A stretch of DNA of 64,000 nt from the human T2T-CHM13v2.0 reference genome, Homo sapiens. The notes under the pieces are model-generated. The model did no database searches, was not told the origin of the DNA, and worked only from the letters and a program-made list of their open reading frames with translations. The stretch lies in NCBI RefSeq assembly GCF_009914755.1, contig NC_060937.1; one strand, 5' to 3'. This document shows positions 59,401 to 64,000 of this stretch, in pieces (position 1 is the stretch's first letter; the number at the start of each line of letters is the position of its first letter). Made by a program: the position numbers and the translations under genes.

Positions 59401-62400
59401 TATACATTATATACTGTACATAAAAGATGAAATTACATCAAATATATATTATATTAGGTATGTAAAATATGAAAGTACATCAAATATAGATTATATACTG
59501 TACATAAAATACCAAAGTACCCCAAATATGTATTTTATACTGTACATGAAATATCAAAGTTCTCAAACTATATATTATATACTGCACATAAAATATCAAA
59601 GTACCCAAGGTATATATTCCATACTGTACAAAAAATATCAAAGTACCCAAAGCATATATTATATGCTGTAAATAAAATATGAAAGTACATCAAATATATA
59701 TTTTATTCTGTACATAAAATATCAAAGTACACCAAATATATATTCTATACTGTACATAAAATATCAAGGTACCCAAACTATACATTACATACTGTACATA
59801 AAATATGAAATTACATCAAATATATATTATATTAGGTACATAAAATATGAAAGTACATCAAATATAGATTATATACTGTACATAAAATATCAAAGTACCC
59901 AAATATATATCATATACTGTACATGAAATATCAAAGTACACAAACTATATATTATATACTGTACATAAAATATCAAAGTACCCAAACTATACATTATATA
60001 CTGTACATAAAATATGAAATTATATCAAATATATATTATATTAGGTATGTAAAATATGAAAATACATCAAATATAGATTATATACTGTACATAAAATACC
60101 AAAGTACCCCAAATATATATTTTATACTGTACATGAAATATCAAAGTTCTCAAACTATATATTATATACTGCACATGAAATATCAAAGTACCCAAGGTAT
60201 ATATTCCATACTGTACAAAAAATATCAAAGTACCCAAAGCATATATTATATGCTGTACATAAAATATGAAAGTACATCAAATATATATGTTATTCTGTAC
60301 ATAAAATATCAAAGTACACCAAATATATATTCTATACTGTACATAAAATATCAAGGTACCCAAACTATACATTACATACTGTACATAAAATATGAAATTA
60401 CATCAAATATATATTATATTAGGTACATAAAATATGAAAGTACATCAAATATAGTTTCTATACTGTACATAAAATATCAAAGTACCCAAATATATATCAT
60501 ATACTGTACATGAAATATCAAAGTTCACAAACTATATATTATATACTGTACATAAAATATCAAAGTACCCAAACTATACATTATATACTGTACTTAAAAT
60601 ATGAAATTACATCAAATATATATTTTATTAGGTACGTAAAATATGAAAGTACATCAAATATAGATTATATACTGTACATAAAATACCAAAGTACCCCAAA
60701 TATATATTTTATACTGTACATGAAATATCAAAGTTCTCAAACTATATATTATATACTGCACATAAAATATCAAAGTACCCAAGGTAAATATTCCATACTG
60801 TACAAAAAATATCAAAGTACCCAAAGCATATATTATATGCTGTACATAAAATATGAAAGTACATGAAATATATATTTTATTCTCTCCATAAAATATCAAA
60901 GTACACCAAATATATATTCTATACTGTACATAAAATATCAAGGTACCCAAACTATACATTACATACTGTACATAAAATATGAAATTACATCAAATATATA
61001 TTATATTAGGTACATAAAATATGAAAGTACATCAAATATAGATTCTATACTGTACATAAAATATCAAAGTACCCAAATATATATCATATACTGTATATGA
61101 AATATCAAAGTTCACAAACTATATATTATATACTGTACATAAAATATCAAAGTACCCAAACTATACATTATATACTGTACATAAAAGATGAAATTACATC
61201 AAATATATATTATATTAGGTATGTAAAATATGAAAGTACATCAAATATAGATTATATACTGTACATAAAATACCAAAGTACCCCAAATATATATTTTATA
61301 CTGTACATGAAATATCAAAGTTCTCAACCTATATATTATATACTGCACATAAAATATCAAAGTACCCAAGGTATATATTCCATACTGTACAAAAAATATC
61401 AAAGTACCCAAAGCATATATTATATGCTGTACATAAAATATGAAAGTACATCAAATATATATTTTATTCTGTACATAAAATATCAAAGTACACCAAATAT
61501 ATATTCTATACTGTACATAAAATATCAAGGTACCCAAACTATACATTACATACTGTACATAAAATATGAAATTACATCAAATATATATTATATTAGGTAC
61601 ATAAAATATGAAAGTACATCAAATATAGATTATATACTGTACATAAAATATCAAAGTACCCAAATATATATCATATACTGTACATGAAATATCAAAGTTC
61701 ACAAACTATATATTATATACTGTACATAAAATATCAAAGTACCCAAACTATACATTATATACTGTACTTAAAATATGAAATTACATCAAATATATATTTT
61801 ATTAGGTACGTAAAATATGAAAGTACATCAAATATAGATTATATACTGTACATAAAATACCAAAGTACCCCAAATATATATTTTATACTGTACATGAAAT
61901 ATCAAAGTTCTCAAACTATATATTATATACTGCACATAAAATATCAATGTACCCAAGGTAAATATTCCATACTGTACAAAAAATATCAAAGTACCCAAAG
62001 CATATATTATATGTTGTACATAAAATATGAAAGTACATGAAATATATATTTTATTCTGTATATAAAATATCAAAGTACACCAAATATATATTCTATACTG
62101 TACATAAAATATCAAGGTACCCAAACTATACATTACATACTGTACATAAAATATGAAATTACATCAAATATATATTATATTAGGTATATAAAATATGAAA
62201 GTACATCAAATATAGATTATATACTGTACATAAAATATCAAAGTACCCAAATATATATCATATACTGTACCTGAAATATCAAATTCACAAACTATATATT
62301 ATATACTGTACATAAAATATCAAAGTACCCAAACTATACATTATATACTGTACATAAAAGATGAAATTACATCAAATATATATTATATTAGGTATGTAAA

Positions 62401-64000
62401 ATATGAAAGTACATCAAATATAGATTATATACTGTACATAAAATACCAAAGTACCCCAAATATGTATTTTATACTGTACATGAAATATCAAAGTTCTCAA
62501 ACTATATATTATATACTGCACATAAAATATCAAAGTACCCAAGGTATATATTCCATACTGTACAAAAAATATCAAACTACCCAAAGCATATATTATATGC
62601 TGTACATAAAATATGAAAGTACATCAAATATATATTTTATTCTGTACATAAAATATCAAAGTACACCAAATATATATTCTATACTGTACATAAAATATCA
62701 AGGTACCCAAACTATACATTACATACTGTACATAAAATATGAAATTACATCAAATATATATTATATTAGGTACATAAAATATGAAAGTACATCAAATATA
62801 GATTCTATACTGTACATAAAATATCAAAGTACCCAAATATATATCATATACTGTACATGAAATATCAAAGTACACAAACTATATATTATATACTGTACAT
62901 AAAATATCAAAGTACCCAAACTATACATTATATACTGTACATAAAATATGAAATTACATCAAATATATATTATATTAGGTATGTAAAATATGAAAATACA
63001 TCAAATATAGATTATATACTGTACATAAAATAGCAAAGTACCCCAAATATATATTTTATACTCTACATGAAATATCAAAGTTCTCAAACTATATATTATA
63101 TACTGCACATGAAATATCAAAGTACCCAAGGTATATATTCCATACTGTACAAAAAATATCAAAGTACCCAAAGCATATATTATATGCTGTACATAAAATA
63201 TGAAAGTACATCAAATATATATGTTATTCTGTACATAAAATATCAAAGTACAGCAAATATATATTCTATAATGTACATAAAATATCAATGTACCCAAACT
63301 ATACATTACATACTGTACATAAAATATGAAATTACATCAAATATATATTATATTAGGTACATAAAATATGAAAGTACATCAAATATAGTTTCTATACTGT
63401 ACATAAAATATCAAAGTACCCAAATATATATCATATACTGTACATGAAATATCAAAGTTCACAAACTATATATTATATACTGTACATAAAATATCAAAGT
63501 ACCCAAACTATACATTATATACTGTACTTAAAATATGAAATTACATCAAATATATATTTTATTAGGTACGTAAAATATGAAAGTACATCAAATATAGATT
63601 ATATACTGTACATAAAATACCAAAGTACCCCAAATATATATTTTATACTGTACATGAAATATCAAAGTTTTCAAACTATATATTATATACTGCACATAAA
63701 ATATCAAAGTACCCAAGGTAAATATTCCATACTGTACAAAAAATATCGAAGTACCCAAAGCATATATTATATGCTGTACATAAAATATGAAAGTACATGA
63801 AATATATATTTTATTCTCTACATAAAATATCAAAGTACACCAAATATATATTCTATACTGTACATAAAATATCAAGGTACCCAAACTATACATTACATAC
63901 TGTACATAAAATATGAAATTACATCAAATATATATTATATTAGGTACATAAAATATGAAAGTACATCAAATATAGATTCTATACTGTACATAAAATATCA
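53092..64000 (+). repeat. Second 587-bp 14-mer domain with its own variant set and more small indels
   Basis: Unit starts include 53092, 53679, 54268, 54853, 55440, 56029, 56614, 57199, 58163, 58750, 59337, 59923, 60510, 61097, 61684, 62271, 62857, 63444. Confidence 0.93.

Larger units (their letters stand above)
1..64000 (+). repeat. HSat1A (SAR / classical satellite 1) 42-bp tandem satellite array, extending beyond both window ends
   Basis: Continuous 42-bp periodicity (14-aa periodicity in the ORF track). Two GTAC (RsaI) sites per monomer give 17-bp (GTACATAAAATATCAAA) and 25-bp (GTACCCAAACTATACATTATATACT) fragments, as in the classical description of human satellite 1. Very AT-rich, almost no CpG, and contains the 378-bp 9-mer known for HSat1A. 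Family call is by recognition, not by database search. Confidence 0.93.

Noticed and set aside
6148-63893. Minus-strand ~65-108-aa hydrophobic ORFs
   Set aside because: Most appear only where the TCA>TGA variant removes a minus-strand stop. They are satellite translation artefacts.
1-64000. CRISPR-like pattern of conserved repeat (CTGTACATAAAATAT) plus variable segment
   Set aside because: The variable parts are homologous to each other and recur in fixed order, so they are not unique spacers. No cas genes or leader are present.
1-64000. Inversions, transposon insertions or unique-sequence islands
   Set aside because: None seen by eye. Every line read continues the same-strand monomer pattern.
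1-64000. TATA-like and AATAAA-like motifs as promoters or polyadenylation signals
   Set aside because: These are expected by chance in such AT-rich repeats, and nothing in the sequence supports function at any particular site.
1-64000. Alpha satellite / CENP-B boxes, HSat2/3, or AT-rich microbial or organellar repeat-protein gene
   Set aside because: There is no 171-bp period, CENP-B box or CATTC repeat. The 17+25-bp RsaI structure and 378-bp 9-mer fit HSat1A.

Overview
The whole 64-kb window is one uninterrupted, single-orientation, very AT-rich tandem satellite. Its 42-bp monomer (e.g. ATACTGTACATAAAATATCAAAGTACCCAAACTATACATTAT) is split by two GTAC sites into alternating 17-bp and 25-bp parts. 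This matches primate Human Satellite 1A (HSat1A / Repbase SAR) of pericentromeric and acrocentric heterochromatin; species and chromosome cannot be determined from the sequence alone. I see no genes, RNA genes, transposon insertions, inversions or CRISPR arrays. All ORFs are by-products of a monomer whose length is divisible by 3 and that has one stop-free frame. The interest is in the nested architecture. The canonical 378-bp 9-mer (monomers labelled A-I here) survives as more diverged blocks (~3.0-5.2, ~7.7-10.0, ~38.3-51.5 kb). Most of the window is a derived, homogeneous 587-bp 14-mer (A-F-G-H-I + A-B-C-D-E-F-G-H-I with a 1-bp deletion in the last I). On top of this are an alternating two-haplotype 1174-bp dimer, 755/964/1091-bp structural variants, tandem duplications of 1761, 2348, 2516, 4696 and 4741 bp, and dispersed copies at 6.4-kb and 32.9-kb offsets. 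Periods were read from ORF-track offsets and spot-checked variants, not from computed alignments.
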